A stretch of 40,177 nt of DNA from an uncultured Actinomyces sp. (GTDB taxonomy: Bacteria; Actinomycetota; Actinomycetes; Actinomycetales; Actinomycetaceae), in contig CACYEE010000041.1 in NCBI GenBank assembly GCA_902773415.1, positions 1 through 40,177 on the forward strand. Reading direction: 5' to 3'. Both the position numbers and the translations under genes were made by a program. Positions within the stretch are counted from its first letter, which is position 1; every line of letters begins with the position of its first letter. Positions 1 to 9,433 of this stretch are shown piece by piece. The notes beneath the pieces were generated by a model, which was not told the origin of the DNA, ran no database searches, and saw only the letters and a program-made list of their open reading frames with translations.

Positions 1-600
1 ATCGTCGCCCTGGTTGCGACGGTCTTCATGTGGTGGTTCCTCGACCGTTCCACGCTCGGCTTCCAGCTTCGTGCCGTCGGTGCCAACCCCGACGCCGCGC
101 GCACGGCGGGCATGGGCATCGGCGCGATCACCGCCATGACGATGGCCGTGTCGGGCGCCATGTGCGGCCTGGCCGGCGGCGTCCAGATGACCTCCTCGCT
201 CAAATACCTCGTCGACGGCGTCCAGGGAACCATCGGCATCGACGCGATCACGGTGGCCCTGCTGGGCCGCAACAAGCCCGTCGGCACGGTTCTGGCCGGC
301 CTCATCTTCGGAGCCTTCAAGGCCGGAGGCTCGGTCATGCAGATCCAGGCCAACGTCCCGGTGGACATGGTCCTCGTCCTCCAGTCCGTCATCGTGCTTC
401 TTGTCGCCGCTCCGCCCTTTGTCCGCTGGCTCTTCCGCCTGCCCAGCCCGGACGGCAACGCACGCAAGTACGTCACGATGGACGCCGAGACGGAGAAGAA
501 GACCGGCACGAAGGAGGCCACGGCCAACGCATCCGCCTCCGCTGGAGCCGATTCCGCCGCACCCGGCCACCCGTCGCAAGAAAAGGGGGAGAACCGATGA
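1..600 (+). CDS. ABC transporter permease, BMP-family (nucleoside/simple-sugar type); C-terminal part, 5' end lies outside the window
   Basis: Frame 1 is open from base 1 (track ORF 28..600). The hydrophobic C-terminal half carries a permease signature (FQLRAVGANPDAARTAGMGIG, GIDAITVALLGRNKPVG). Its TGA stop overlaps the next start (ATGA at 597-600). Confidence 0.85.
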   Translation: MVALVATVFMWWFLDRSTLGFQLRAVGANPDAARTAGMGIGAITAMTMAVSGAMCGLAGGVQMTSSLKYLVDGVQGTIGIDAITVALLGRNKPVGTVLAGLIFGAFKAGGSVMQIQANVPVDMVLVLQSVIVLLVAAPPFVRWLFRLPSPDGNARKYVTMDAETEKKTGTKEATANASASAGADSAAPGHPSQEKGENR

Positions 601-1889
601 GCACCGACACCGCTGCCCGGAACGCCGCCGAAGCCCATTCCGAGGTCCTGGCTCCCGTCAAGTGGAAGATGCCCGTCACCTACGCGCTGGCGGCCCTGCT
701 CAACCTCTACTTCGTCATTTCCGCCTCCGGAGCCGCAAAGTTCAACTTCAACCGTGGAAAGGGCGACCGCATCCAGCTGCCCACCGTGGAACTTTCGGCC
801 CGCATGGTGGCCGTCGTCGCCCTCCTGGCCTGCGTTGCCGTATGCGCGTGGGCAGTCGCGCGGGCGCTACAGCGCAAGGCGGTCGGAGCGGTTCCGGCCG
901 TCGTCGCCGCGCTCGTCACCATCTTCGCCCTTCTCGCATGGTTCGGCGGAGGCTCGAAGGGAACCGTCACGGTGACCGCGGTTCTCGCTTCCGCGCTGGC
1001 GCTGTCCACGCCGCTCATCTTCGGGTCCTTGTCGGGCGTTGTCAGCGAACACGTGGGAATCGTCAATATCGCGATCGAGGGCCAGCTGCTTGTCGGCGCC
1101 TTCGCCGGCGTTCTCGTCGCCTCGATCGTCAAGAGCGTGTGGGCCGGCCTTCTCGTCGCCCCGATCGCGGGCGCCCTCATCGGCGCGCTGCTTGCGCTCT
1201 TCGCCGTCAACTACAACGTCGACAACATCATCGTCGGCGTCGTGCTCAACGTGTTCGCGCTCGGCCTGACGACCTTCTTCTTCTCGTCGACCATGACCGA
1301 ACACCCGGAGTTCAACGATTCGAGCTACCACCTGTCGAACATCAAGATTCCGCTTCTCGGCGACATCCCGATCGTCGGCCCGGTGCTGTTCAACCAGACG
1401 GCCCTGACCTACATCATGTATGTCGTGCTCGTGGTGCTCACGATCTACCTGTACCGTTCGCGCTGGGGCCTTCGCATGCGCGCCTGCGGCGAACATCCGC
1501 ATGCGGCGGACACCGTCGGCATCGACGTGCGCAAGACCCGCTGGCACAACGTCCTCCTGTCGGGCGCGCTCGCCGGGCTGGGCGGCGCCTACTTCACGAT
1601 CGGCGCTTCGATCGGCCACTCCTTCAACGAGAACATGTCCGCCGGAAACGGCTACATCGCCCTGGCCGCCATGATTCTCGGCAAGTGGCATCCGCTTGGC
1701 GCCCTCGGCGCTTCGCTGATGTTCGGCTTCGCCAAGGCGGTCGCCATTCTCGTGCCGTCGCTCAGCGCAACCGCTCCGTCGCACATCATCAACATGATTC
1801 CCTACATCGTCACGATTCTCGCCGTCGCCGGCTTCGTGGGCGTCTCCCGCCCGCCGGCATCGGAGAACGTGCCGTACACGAAGGGATAG
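597..1889 (+). CDS. ABC transporter permease, BMP-family, second membrane subunit
   Basis: In-frame ATG at 597 inside track ORF 30..1889 (MSTDTAARN...). Multi-TM protein with the same permease signature (RMRACGEHPHAADTVGIDV, GYIALAAMILGKWHPLG). It overlaps the upstream permease by 4 nt. Confidence 0.85.
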   Translation: MSTDTAARNAAEAHSEVLAPVKWKMPVTYALAALLNLYFVISASGAAKFNFNRGKGDRIQLPTVELSARMVAVVALLACVAVCAWAVARALQRKAVGAVPAVVAALVTIFALLAWFGGGSKGTVTVTAVLASALALSTPLIFGSLSGVVSEHVGIVNIAIEGQLLVGAFAGVLVASIVKSVWAGLLVAPIAGALIGALLALFAVNYNVDNIIVGVVLNVFALGLTTFFFSSTMTEHPEFNDSSYHLSNIKIPLLGDIPIVGPVLFNQTALTYIMYVVLVVLTIYLYRSRWGLRMRACGEHPHAADTVGIDVRKTRWHNVLLSGALAGLGGAYFTIGASIGHSFNENMSAGNGYIALAAMILGKWHPLGALGASLMFGFAKAVAILVPSLSATAPSHIINMIPYIVTILAVAGFVGVSRPPASENVPYTKG

Positions 1890-1993
1890 CGGTACCGCAC
1901 GAAGCCAGGCTGCGTCCGTCCGCGCCGCAACGCTCGGCACGGCGGCGGCCCCCAGCCGCATTCGGGACGCGGCGCGCCGCAGAAAGGACAGAC

Positions 1994-2482
1994 ATGGAGA
2001 TTGCCGAAGAGACATGGGCGCGGCTGCGCGAAGAAGCGCTCGAAGCGGTCACGCATGCCTACGCGCCCTATTCGGGATATCGCGTCGGGGCTGCGGCCCT
2101 GGCCGAGGACGGCCACGTATACACCGGCTGCAACGTGGAGAACGCGAGCCTGGGCGTCGTGCTGTGCGCCGAGTGCGGGCTTGTCTCCTCCGCGGTGAGG
2201 AACGACGCGGGCCGTCTGCTGGCTTTCGTGTGCGTCAACGGCGAGGGCGACGCGATTGCGCCGTGCGGGCGGTGCCGTCAGGTTCTGCGCGAGCATGGCG
2301 GGCGCGGCATGCTGCTCGCGATGCCGCGGGGAATCATGAGGATGGACGAGGTGCTGCCCGAGAGTTTCGGGCCCGAAGCGATGGAGGGCCATACGGCGGG
2401 GGCGACGACCGAAACGCCCGCGCCGGCCTCGGATGCGCGGGCACGGAAGGATGGCGACAAGGAAGGACACGAGCGTGGCTGA
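1994..2482 (+). CDS. cdd: cytidine deaminase
   Basis: Starts MEIAEETW... with YAPYSGYRVGAA and the zinc-ligand motifs VLCAECG and PCGRCRQ. A GAAAGGA SD-like element lies upstream of the ATG. It has an Ala/Pro/Asp-rich C-terminal tail of about 35 aa. Confidence 0.9.
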   Translation: MEIAEETWARLREEALEAVTHAYAPYSGYRVGAAALAEDGHVYTGCNVENASLGVVLCAECGLVSSAVRNDAGRLLAFVCVNGEGDAIAPCGRCRQVLREHGGRGMLLAMPRGIMRMDEVLPESFGPEAMEGHTAGATTETPAPASDARARKDGDKEGHERG

Positions 2483-3773
2483 ACCGTTCGATGCGGTAGA
2501 CATCATCCGAATCAAGCGCGACCGGGGCGTTCTCGGCAAGGCCGAGATCGACTGGACCATCGACGCCTATACGCGCGGCGTGCTGACCGACGAACAGATG
2601 GCCGCCCTGGCGATGGCGATCTTCCTCAACGGCATGACCCCCGAGGAGATTCGCCAGTGGACTGCCGCGATGCTCGACTCCGGGGAGCGGATGGACTTCG
2701 CCAGCCTGGCGCGCCCGACGGCCGACAAGCATTCGACCGGCGGCGTCGGCGACAAGATCACGCTTCCGCTGGCCCCGCTCGTCGCATGTTTCGGCGTGGC
2801 CGTCCCGCAGCTGTCGGGCCGCGGCCTCGGCCACACCGGCGGCACGCTTGACAAGCTCGAGTCGATACCCGGCTGGCGGGCGGACCTGTCGAACGAGGAG
2901 ATTTGCCGCCAGCTCGGCGAAGGCTCCGGCGCGGTCATCTGCGCAGCCGGCTCCGGCCTCGCCCCGGCGGACAAGAAGCTGTATGCGCTTCGCGACGTCA
3001 CTTCCACCGTCGACTGCATCCCGCTGATCGCCTCGTCGATCATGAGCAAGAAAATCGCGGAGGGGACCGGCGGGCTCGTGCTCGACGTCAAGGTGGGTTC
3101 CGGAGCCTTCATGAAGGACCCTTCGACGGCGCGCGAGCTCGCCGAGACGATGGTCGACATCGGGGAGGCGGCCGGCGTGCGCACCGTCGCCCTGCTGACC
3201 GACATGTCGGTGCCGCTCGGCCTGACCGTCGGCAACGCCCTCGAAGTGCGCGAGTCCGTCGAGGTGCTCGCTGGCGGAGGCCCGGCCGACGTTGTCGAGC
3301 TGACCTGCACTCTTGCCCGCGAAATGCTTGCCACCGCCGGCGTGGCCGACGCCGACGTCGAGGCGGCCCTTGCCGACGGCCGCGCAATGGATGTCTGGAA
3401 GCGGATGATTCGCGAGCAGGGCGGCGACCCCGAGGCGCGGCTGCCCGCCGCGCGCCACACCCACGACGTCCGTGCCGAGACGGACGGAATCCTTCAGGAC
3501 ATGGATGCCCTCAAGGTCGGCGTCGCCTCGTGGCGCCTGGGCGCCGGGCGCGCCCGGCAGGACGACCCGGTCCAGGCGGGCGCGGGCATCGAGATCTTCG
3601 CCAAGCCGGGCGAGGCGGTGTACAGGGGACAGCCGATTCTGCGCCTGCACACCGACGAGCCGGAACGTTTCGAGCGGGCGCTCGAATCTCTTGAGGGGAC
3701 GCTCGCCGTCTGCGAAGCGCCGGTGGCACAAGGCTCCGGCGTCGTTATCGATCGAATCGCAAAGGAGAAGTGA
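2475..3773 (+). CDS. deoA: thymidine (pyrimidine-nucleoside) phosphorylase
   Basis: Motifs [30 protein letters not shown] and [10 protein letters not shown]. Start set at GTG 2475, which has AAGGAAGGA 7 nt upstream. ATG 2451 is an in-frame alternative (the track ORF begins at 2433). Confidence 0.9.
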   Translation: MAEPFDAVDIIRIKRDRGVLGKAEIDWTIDAYTRGVLTDEQMAALAMAIFLNGMTPEEIRQWTAAMLDSGERMDFASLARPTADKHSTGGVGDKITLPLAPLVACFGVAVPQLSGRGLGHTGGTLDKLESIPGWRADLSNEEICRQLGEGSGAVICAAGSGLAPADKKLYALRDVTSTVDCIPLIASSIMSKKIAEGTGGLVLDVKVGSGAFMKDPSTARELAETMVDIGEAAGVRTVALLTDMSVPLGLTVGNALEVRESVEVLAGGGPADVVELTCTLAREMLATAGVADADVEAALADGRAMDVWKRMIREQGGDPEARLPAARHTHDVRAETDGILQDMDALKVGVASWRLGAGRARQDDPVQAGAGIEIFAKPGEAVYRGQPILRLHTDEPERFERALESLEGTLAVCEAPVAQGSGVVIDRIAKEK

Positions 3774-3774
3774 C

Positions 3775-4434
3775 ATGGCTGTACGCGAGGACGTTGCGGG
3801 GATTGTCGACCACACCCTGCTCAGGCCGGAGGCGACGATGGAGGACGTGCGCGCCCTCGTCGAGGAGGCGAAGGAACTTGGAGCCTTCTCCGTGTGCGTC
3901 TCGCCGTCGATGCTGCCCCTGCCCGAGGACATCGACCTTGGTTCCCTCCATGTCGCGGTGGTCTGCGGTTTCCCTTCGGGCAAGCATGCGAGCGAGATCA
4001 AGGCGGCGGAGGCGTGCCGCGCCGTCGCCTGCGGAGCGGACGAGGTCGATATGGTCATCGACGTCGGCGCTGCGGTTGCGGGCGAGTTCGCGGCCGTCGA
4101 GGCCGATATCCGGGCCGTGCGCGAAGCAATGCCGTTCGGGCTTCTCAAGGTCATCATCGAGGCTGCCGCGTTGAGCGACGGGCAGATCGTCGCCATCTGC
4201 AAGGCGGCGGAGGCGGCGGGCGCGGACTACGTCAAGACCTCCACCGGCTTCCACCCGGCGGGCGGAGCCTCCGTCCACGCCATCGGTCTCATGGCGAAGA
4301 CCGTCGGCGGCCGCTTGGGCGTCAAGGCTTCCGGCGGCATCCGTGACGGCAAGTTCGCCGCGGAACTTATCGACGCCGGCGCAACGCGCCTGGGCCTGTC
4401 GGGTACCCGCGCAGTGCTCGACACGCTGCCGTAG
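3775..4434 (+). CDS. deoC: deoxyribose-phosphate aldolase
   Basis: ATG at 3775 lies 2 nt after the deoA stop. Motifs [24 protein letters not shown] (Schiff-base Lys context) and VKASGGIR. Confidence 0.92.
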   Translation: MAVREDVAGIVDHTLLRPEATMEDVRALVEEAKELGAFSVCVSPSMLPLPEDIDLGSLHVAVVCGFPSGKHASEIKAAEACRAVACGADEVDMVIDVGAAVAGEFAAVEADIRAVREAMPFGLLKVIIEAAALSDGQIVAICKAAEAAGADYVKTSTGFHPAGGASVHAIGLMAKTVGGRLGVKASGGIRDGKFAAELIDAGATRLGLSGTRAVLDTLP

Positions 4435-4450
4435 GCGTGCGGGAGCCCGA

Positions 4451-4491
4451 GGCGGGGCCCGGTTCGATTCGCGGTCGAACCGGGCCCCGCC
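4451..4491. terminator. bidirectional hairpin between convergent deoC and the mutase gene
   Basis: Perfect 17-bp stem: GGCGGGGCCCGGTTCGA (4451-4467) pairs with TCGAACCGGGCCCCGCC (4475-4491), with a 7-nt loop. There is no U-tract, as in many actinobacterial terminators. Confidence 0.7.
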
Positions 4492-4504
4492 TGTCAGCTT
4501 GGCG

Positions 4505-6193
4505 TCACATGCCGAGGGCCGCGGCGACGTCCTTCTTGAGGCGTTCCATGCGGCGGGCGGCGACGAGCTTCGCGTCGGCCAGCTCCTCGGCGCTTTCGAC
4601 GGGCGTATAGACCTCGAGATAGCATTTGACCTTCGGTTCCGTGCCGGAGGGGCGCACGACGACCCGGTCGTTCTGCTCCGTGTACCACATGACGACGTCG
4701 GCGGGAGGGAGGCCGAGTTCCTCGGAGCCCTCGGACAGGTCGAGGCTTTCGGCGATTGCCGACTGCGCGAGTTCGGCGGGCGGGGTTGCCCGCACGCGCT
4801 TCATCGTTTCGGGAATGATCGAGAGGTCGTCGACGCGCAGCGTCACGGGTGCCGAAAGGTAGATGCCGTGGGCGAGGTAGAGCCGGTCGAGGGAATCCTG
4901 GAGGGTTTCGCCGCGCCTGTGCTGGGCGTCGGCAATGAGCGCAAGCAGGAGGGCGGCGCTCATGCCGTCCTTGTCGCGTACGGCATCGGGATTGACGCAG
5001 AAGCCGATGGCTTCCTCGTAGCCGAAGATGAGGCCTTCGGTGCGGGCGATCCACTTGAAGCCGGTGAGGGTGCCTTCGTAGCCGATTCCGTGGGACGAGG
5101 CGATTTCCCCGAGCATCCGCGAGGAGACGATGGACGAGGCGAAGGTTCCCGGTTCGCAGACGAGCGCGGCCTTCGCGGCGATCGAATCTCCGAGAATCGA
5201 GCCGATTTCGTCGCCCGAGAGCTGGCGCCATCCCTTGCCGTCGCGGATTGCGGCGGAGCACCGGTCGGCGTCGGGGTCGGAGGCGATGACGAGGTGCGCG
5301 TGTTCGGCGAGGGCCGTGTCGATGGCCATGTCGAGCGCGCCGGCTTCCTCGGGGTTGGGGAAGGGGACGGTGGGGAAGTCGGGGTCGGGCTCGCATTGTT
5401 CGGCGACCTCGACGACGTTGGCGAAGCCGGCCTTGGCGAACAGGCGGCGCATGATGCGGGCACCGACGCCATGCATGGCCGTGTAGACGATCTTGAGGTC
5501 GGAGTGGAATCCGGCGGGAACGAGGGCGGCGGTTTCCTCGACGTAGGAGTCGACGATGTCGTCGCCGAGCGTCTCGTAGCGGTCGGACAGGGCAATCTCG
5601 TCGGCGCCGGGGGCTGCGGCGATGAGGGCGGCGATATCGGCATCGGCCGGCGGGACGAGCTGGACGCCCCGGCCCGGGCCTTGCGCGCAGCGACCGCCCA
5701 GGTAGACCTTGTAGCCGTTGTCGGCGGCGGGATTGTGCGAGGCCGTGACCATGACGCCGGCGTCGGCGTCGAGCTTGCGGACGGCGTAGGCAAGCAGGGG
5801 AGTGGGCAGGGCGCGCGGCATGATCCGTGCGCGGATTCCCGCGGCCGCGGCAATGGCGGCGGTGTCGTGGGCGAAATCCCTGGAGCGGTGGCGGGCGTCG
5901 TAGCCGATGACGAGCAGGGCGTCGTCTCCGGCCTTGTCTTTCAGGTATGCGACGAGGCCGGCGGCGGCCCGGCGGACGACGGCGCGGTTCATGCGTGTTT
6001 CGCCCGGCCCCATCTTTCCTCGAAGCCCGGCGGTGCCGAAGGCAAGCGGGCCGGAAAAGGCCGAATCGAGTTCGGCGGCCGCATCGGCGTCGCCTGCCTG
6101 CGCGGCCTCGAGCAGCGCCGCGAGTTCGGCCCGGGTTTCGCGATCGGGATCGTGCATCATCCAGTCGCGGATCGTTTCGGGGGTGCCGGTCAT
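4505..6193 (-). CDS. phospho-sugar mutase, alpha-D-phosphohexomutase family (probable phosphopentomutase/phosphomannomutase role in nucleoside catabolism)
   Basis: Phosphoserine loop TASHNPAADNGYK, FGTAGLRG, and the metal loop ASDPDADR. ATG 6193 is preceded by a GGAGAAGGAA SD. The track ORF extends to 6301 without support. Confidence 0.85.
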   Translation of the reverse strand: MTGTPETIRDWMMHDPDRETRAELAALLEAAQAGDADAAAELDSAFSGPLAFGTAGLRGKMGPGETRMNRAVVRRAAAGLVAYLKDKAGDDALLVIGYDARHRSRDFAHDTAAIAAAAGIRARIMPRALPTPLLAYAVRKLDADAGVMVTASHNPAADNGYKVYLGGRCAQGPGRGVQLVPPADADIAALIAAAPGADEIALSDRYETLGDDIVDSYVEETAALVPAGFHSDLKIVYTAMHGVGARIMRRLFAKAGFANVVEVAEQCEPDPDFPTVPFPNPEEAGALDMAIDTALAEHAHLVIASDPDADRCSAAIRDGKGWRQLSGDEIGSILGDSIAAKAALVCEPGTFASSIVSSRMLGEIASSHGIGYEGTLTGFKWIARTEGLIFGYEEAIGFCVNPDAVRDKDGMSAALLLALIADAQHRRGETLQDSLDRLYLAHGIYLSAPVTLRVDDLSIIPETMKRVRATPPAELAQSAIAESLDLSEGSEELGLPPADVVMWYTEQNDRVVVRPSGTEPKVKCYLEVYTPVESAEELADAKLVAARRMERLKKDVAAALGM

Positions 6194-6383
6194 TCCTTCT
6201 CCTTTTCGTTTGTGCGGTGACGTCCGCGAGGGGTGCGCGCGGCGTTGGAGGGCGTCGGTGCCATGTGCGGGCCGGGCGGGACCCGCACCGGGAATATTCA
6301 TGCTATGATGCTACCCGTTTTCCGCGGGTCTATCACGTGACGCCGGGGACGTGTTGCAGGCCGGGCCGCGCCCGGAGGAAGGC

Positions 6384-7208
6384 CTACTCGTCGTTCTCGC
6401 CGTCGATTCTCGCGACGATGTCTGCAAGGAGGCGGGCGATTCGCGGCGCGGCGTTGCGGCTTTCCGCCATGAGCGCGAGATGGTCGATGCGCTCCTGGGC
6501 GACGCCGGCGGCCGGGTTCGTCACGAGCGAGAGGCCGAGGACTTCGAGGCCGGCTTCGCGTGCGGCGATCGTCTCGAGCGCGGTCGACATTCCGACAAGG
6601 TCGCCGCCGAGCGCGCGAATCATGCGGATTTCCGCGGGAGTCTCGTAGTGAGGGCCCGGAAGCTGGGCGTAGACGCCGGAGGGCAGGGACGGATCGACCT
6701 GGCGCGCAAGGGCGCGCAGGCGCGGACTGTAGGCATCGGCAAGGTCGACGAAGGCTGCGCCTTCGAGGGGGGACCGCGCGGTGAGGTTCAGATGGTCGCA
6801 GACAAGCACGACGGTGCCGGCAGGCCATTCGGACTTCGCCGATCCCGCGCCGTTCGTGAGGATGAGAATGCGGACGCCCGCGGCGGCGGCGGTGCGCACC
6901 CCGTGGGCGACGGCGCGCACGCCCCGGCCCTCGTAGAGGTGGGTGCGCGCGCCGATGAGGAGGGCATGGCGGCCCGAAGGCATGCGGACGGATCTGAGCG
7001 TCCCGGTGTGGCCATGCACCCCGGAGGCGGAGAATCCGGGAATCTCGGAGGCCGGAATCTCGGCAACCGTCTCGCCGATGAGGTCGACGGCGCCGGCCCA
7101 TCCCGATCCGAGGGTCAGCGCGATGTCGTGGCGGTCGATGCCGGTCCGTTCGGCGAGGGCGGCGGCGGCCTGGGTTGCGAGTTGTGTCGGCGAAGGGTTT
7201 GCGTCCAT
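6384..7208 (-). CDS. punA: purine nucleoside phosphorylase (trimeric PNP/MTAP family)
   Basis: Motifs LGSGW, GHTG, LILTNGAGS, YETPAEIRM and GMSTALE. Start chosen at MDANPSP (7208). The track ORF starts at 7244. Confidence 0.88.
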   Translation of the reverse strand: MDANPSPTQLATQAAAALAERTGIDRHDIALTLGSGWAGAVDLIGETVAEIPASEIPGFSASGVHGHTGTLRSVRMPSGRHALLIGARTHLYEGRGVRAVAHGVRTAAAAGVRILILTNGAGSAKSEWPAGTVVLVCDHLNLTARSPLEGAAFVDLADAYSPRLRALARQVDPSLPSGVYAQLPGPHYETPAEIRMIRALGGDLVGMSTALETIAAREAGLEVLGLSLVTNPAAGVAQERIDHLALMAESRNAAPRIARLLADIVARIDGENDE

Positions 7209-7350
7209 GAGGCCGACGCTACATCGGCGCGAGGTGCCAGGCAAGGCCTTGGCGCTGCCCGACGCGCCTCCGAATCGGCCTGCGGGCCCCGCGCCGGGTC
7301 ATGGACGTGTGCTCTCGCGTCTTGGGTGATGCTTTTGGCACAATGGATTC

Positions 7351-8082
7351 ATGAACCATGACGCAACAGGTACCGGCGGGCAGGGTGCCGACGCCCTTCA
7401 GGGAGCTTCCGCCGACGAGCAGCTGTATTCGAGCGCCGATGCCGACCGCCTGAGGGAGGATCTGCGCAGGGTGGGGCGCATTCACAAGGAGTTTGTCGAC
7501 GGGTTCGACGTCCTGTCCCATCTGTCGCAGGACGCGATCACGGTCTTTGGTTCCGCCCGCACGCCCGAGGGGCACCGGCATTACGAGGCTGCGCGGCAGA
7601 TCGGCTCCAGGCTTGCCGAACGCGGATACGCCGTGATCACCGGCGGAGGCGGGGGCATCATGGAGGCCGCCAACCGCGGCGCCCAGGAGGCGGGCGGAAC
7701 CTCGGTCGGAATCGGCATCGAGCTTCCCTTCGAGAAGCAGATGAATCCGTACATCGACGTCTCCTTGTATTTCCGGTATTTCTTCGTCCGCAAGGTCATG
7801 TTCCTCAAGTACTCGACGGGCTTTGTCGTGATGCCGGGAGGATTCGGGACCCTCGACGAGCTTTTCGAGGCGGTGTGCATGGCCCAGACAGGCAAGGTCG
7901 TCAGGTTCCCGCTTGTGCTTTTCGATTCGGAATACTGGGGCGGCCTCAAGGACTGGGTGTGCGACCGTCTCGTTGCCGAGAAGATGATTTCTCCGGGCGA
8001 CGAGGATCTTCTCGTGCTTGTCGATGGCGTCGACGAGACCGTCGATGCGCTGGTTGCGGGACTTGAACGGCTCGGGGGCTGA
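7351..8082 (+). CDS. LOG-family / TIGR00730 Rossmann-fold protein (nucleotide 5'-monophosphate phosphoribohydrolase-like)
   Basis: Motifs VFGSAR, ITGGGGGIMEAANRGA and PGGFGTLDELFE, which are diagnostic of the LOG/lysine-decarboxylase-like family. Confidence 0.85.
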   Translation: MNHDATGTGGQGADALQGASADEQLYSSADADRLREDLRRVGRIHKEFVDGFDVLSHLSQDAITVFGSARTPEGHRHYEAARQIGSRLAERGYAVITGGGGGIMEAANRGAQEAGGTSVGIGIELPFEKQMNPYIDVSLYFRYFFVRKVMFLKYSTGFVVMPGGFGTLDELFEAVCMAQTGKVVRFPLVLFDSEYWGGLKDWVCDRLVAEKMISPGDEDLLVLVDGVDETVDALVAGLERLGG

Positions 8083-8284
8083 TTGCGCAGCCTGCGAGGC
8101 GGACCGGTGCGGCAGGCCGCATGGCCGGGCGGGCGGTGTCGCGCTGGCCGTCAAGGGCTTAAGCCCGTGACGAAATCGGAGGTCTGAGCCGGCAGTTGCA
8201 CCGGGAGCGCTCGAAAACCCCGCGAGGGCGAGTAGAATGGTACGCGGCCCGCGGCGCATGCCGCCGGGAGGAAGGAAACAGAAC

Positions 8285-8452
8285 ATGGCAGCCATGAAGC
8301 CGCGTACTGGCGACGGACCTCTGGAAGTCGAGCGCGAGGCGCGTTCGATTGTCCTGCGCATTCCCGTAGACGGCGGGGGTCGCCTCGTCCTTGAGATGAA
8401 CGACGAGGAGATTTCCGCTCTTCGCGAGGCCTTGGAAGGGGTCGAGCGCTAG
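8285..8452 (+). CDS. DUF3117-family small conserved actinobacterial protein
   Basis: MAAMKPRTGDGPLEVEREARSIVLRIPVDGGGRLVLEM... is the characteristic DUF3117 sequence. A GGGAGGAAGG SD lies upstream and TAGAAT sits at 8233-8238. The track ORF start at 8237 looks like an unsupported extension. Confidence 0.8.
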   Translation: MAAMKPRTGDGPLEVEREARSIVLRIPVDGGGRLVLEMNDEEISALREALEGVER

Positions 8453-8600
8453 GGAAGGAACCGCAGGGTTTTCCCGGAAAGGCGCTGGGATCCGGCTGGG
8501 GCGAGAGTCGGGCGTTGCAGAGGGGACTGTCCTTTTTGCGGCACTGCCCTCTTCGCGACACTGGCGGCGGGGCGTCTTTGGACACGGCCCGCGCGTTCCG

Positions 8601-8623
8601 GCACGGCCTCGACGAGGCCGTGC
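8601..8623. terminator. hairpin between convergent DUF3117 and the methyltransferase gene
   Basis: GCACGGCCTC-GAC-GAGGCCGTGC: a perfect 10-bp stem with a 3-nt loop, 12 nt beyond the minus-strand stop. No U-tract. Confidence 0.45.
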
Positions 8624-8634
8624 GTAAGCGTGCC

Positions 8635-9264
8635 TTAGGCTGCGATTCGTGCGACGAGGACGCCGTCTCCGACGGGCAGTACCGCCATCGTGAAGGCCGT
8701 GTCCTTGCCGACGGCCTTCAGGATCGTCCGCATGGCGACGACGTCCTCTTCCCTGCGTACCGGGTCGGCAACCAGTCCGCCAAGGAGGATGCGCGCCACG
8801 ACAAGGGTTCCGCCAGGGCGCAGCACCCGGCGGGCCTCCTCCACGTCTCCCGGGGCTTCGAGCGGATCGCCGTCGACGAGAACCACGTCGTAGGAGCGGG
8901 CGGCGAGCCGGGGAAAGACATCGACGGAGCGGCCGCAGATGATCCGGGCCTGGCGTGAGCGGTAGCCGGCTTTCGCGAAGCAAGCCTTGGCGTGGGATTG
9001 CAGTTCGGCCTCCGGATCGACCGTCGTCAGGGTTGCCGACGGGTTCCCCGCGAGCAGGGCAAGGCCGGAAACTCCGGCTCCCGTGCCGATTTCGACGAGG
9101 TTGCGTGCCCTGGTCGAGGCAACGAGAAAGGTCAGCAGCGAGCAGGTTGCGGCCGAAAGGGAACGGACTCCGTGTTCGCGGCCGATATGGCGTGCCTGCA
9201 TGGCAAGGTCGCTTTCGACTGCGAGGTTTTCGGTATACGACCATGCCTGGAGATGATGGGACAT
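8635..9264 (-). CDS. class I SAM-dependent O-methyltransferase (family 3, caffeoyl-CoA OMT-like)
   Basis: SAM-binding motif LVEIGTGAGVSGL, followed by VDPE, VLVDGD and LRPGGTLVV. Confidence 0.8.
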   Translation of the reverse strand: MSHHLQAWSYTENLAVESDLAMQARHIGREHGVRSLSAATCSLLTFLVASTRARNLVEIGTGAGVSGLALLAGNPSATLTTVDPEAELQSHAKACFAKAGYRSRQARIICGRSVDVFPRLAARSYDVVLVDGDPLEAPGDVEEARRVLRPGGTLVVARILLGGLVADPVRREEDVVAMRTILKAVGKDTAFTMAVLPVGDGVLVARIAA

Positions 9265-9354
9265 TGGTTCTCCTTTGGTGGCGAATCTGCGTTCATCCTA
9301 TCGGCAAGAGCATTGGCTTGGCCTGCCTGCTTCGGGCGCGGATGGCGACAATGC

Positions 9355-9415
9355 GCGGCAGGGGACTGGTCCGCCTTTGCGCATGGCCGCACCGTGCGGG
9401 ACGGTCCCCTGCCGC
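9355..9415 (-). terminator. long hairpin downstream of mrp (candidate terminator)
   Basis: Perfect 12-bp inverted repeat: GCGGCAGGGGAC (9355-9366) and GTCCCCTGCCGC (9404-9415), 37 nt apart. It begins 19 nt beyond the mrp stop on the minus strand. Confidence 0.35.
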
Positions 9416-9433
9416 AACCGTGTCAGGCGCGGT

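Noticed and set aside
2334-6220. Long alternative-frame or antisense ORFs (2334..4202 minus, 4343..6220 plus)
   Set aside because: They are opposite deoA/deoC and the phospho-sugar mutase respectively, and show shadow-ORF composition.
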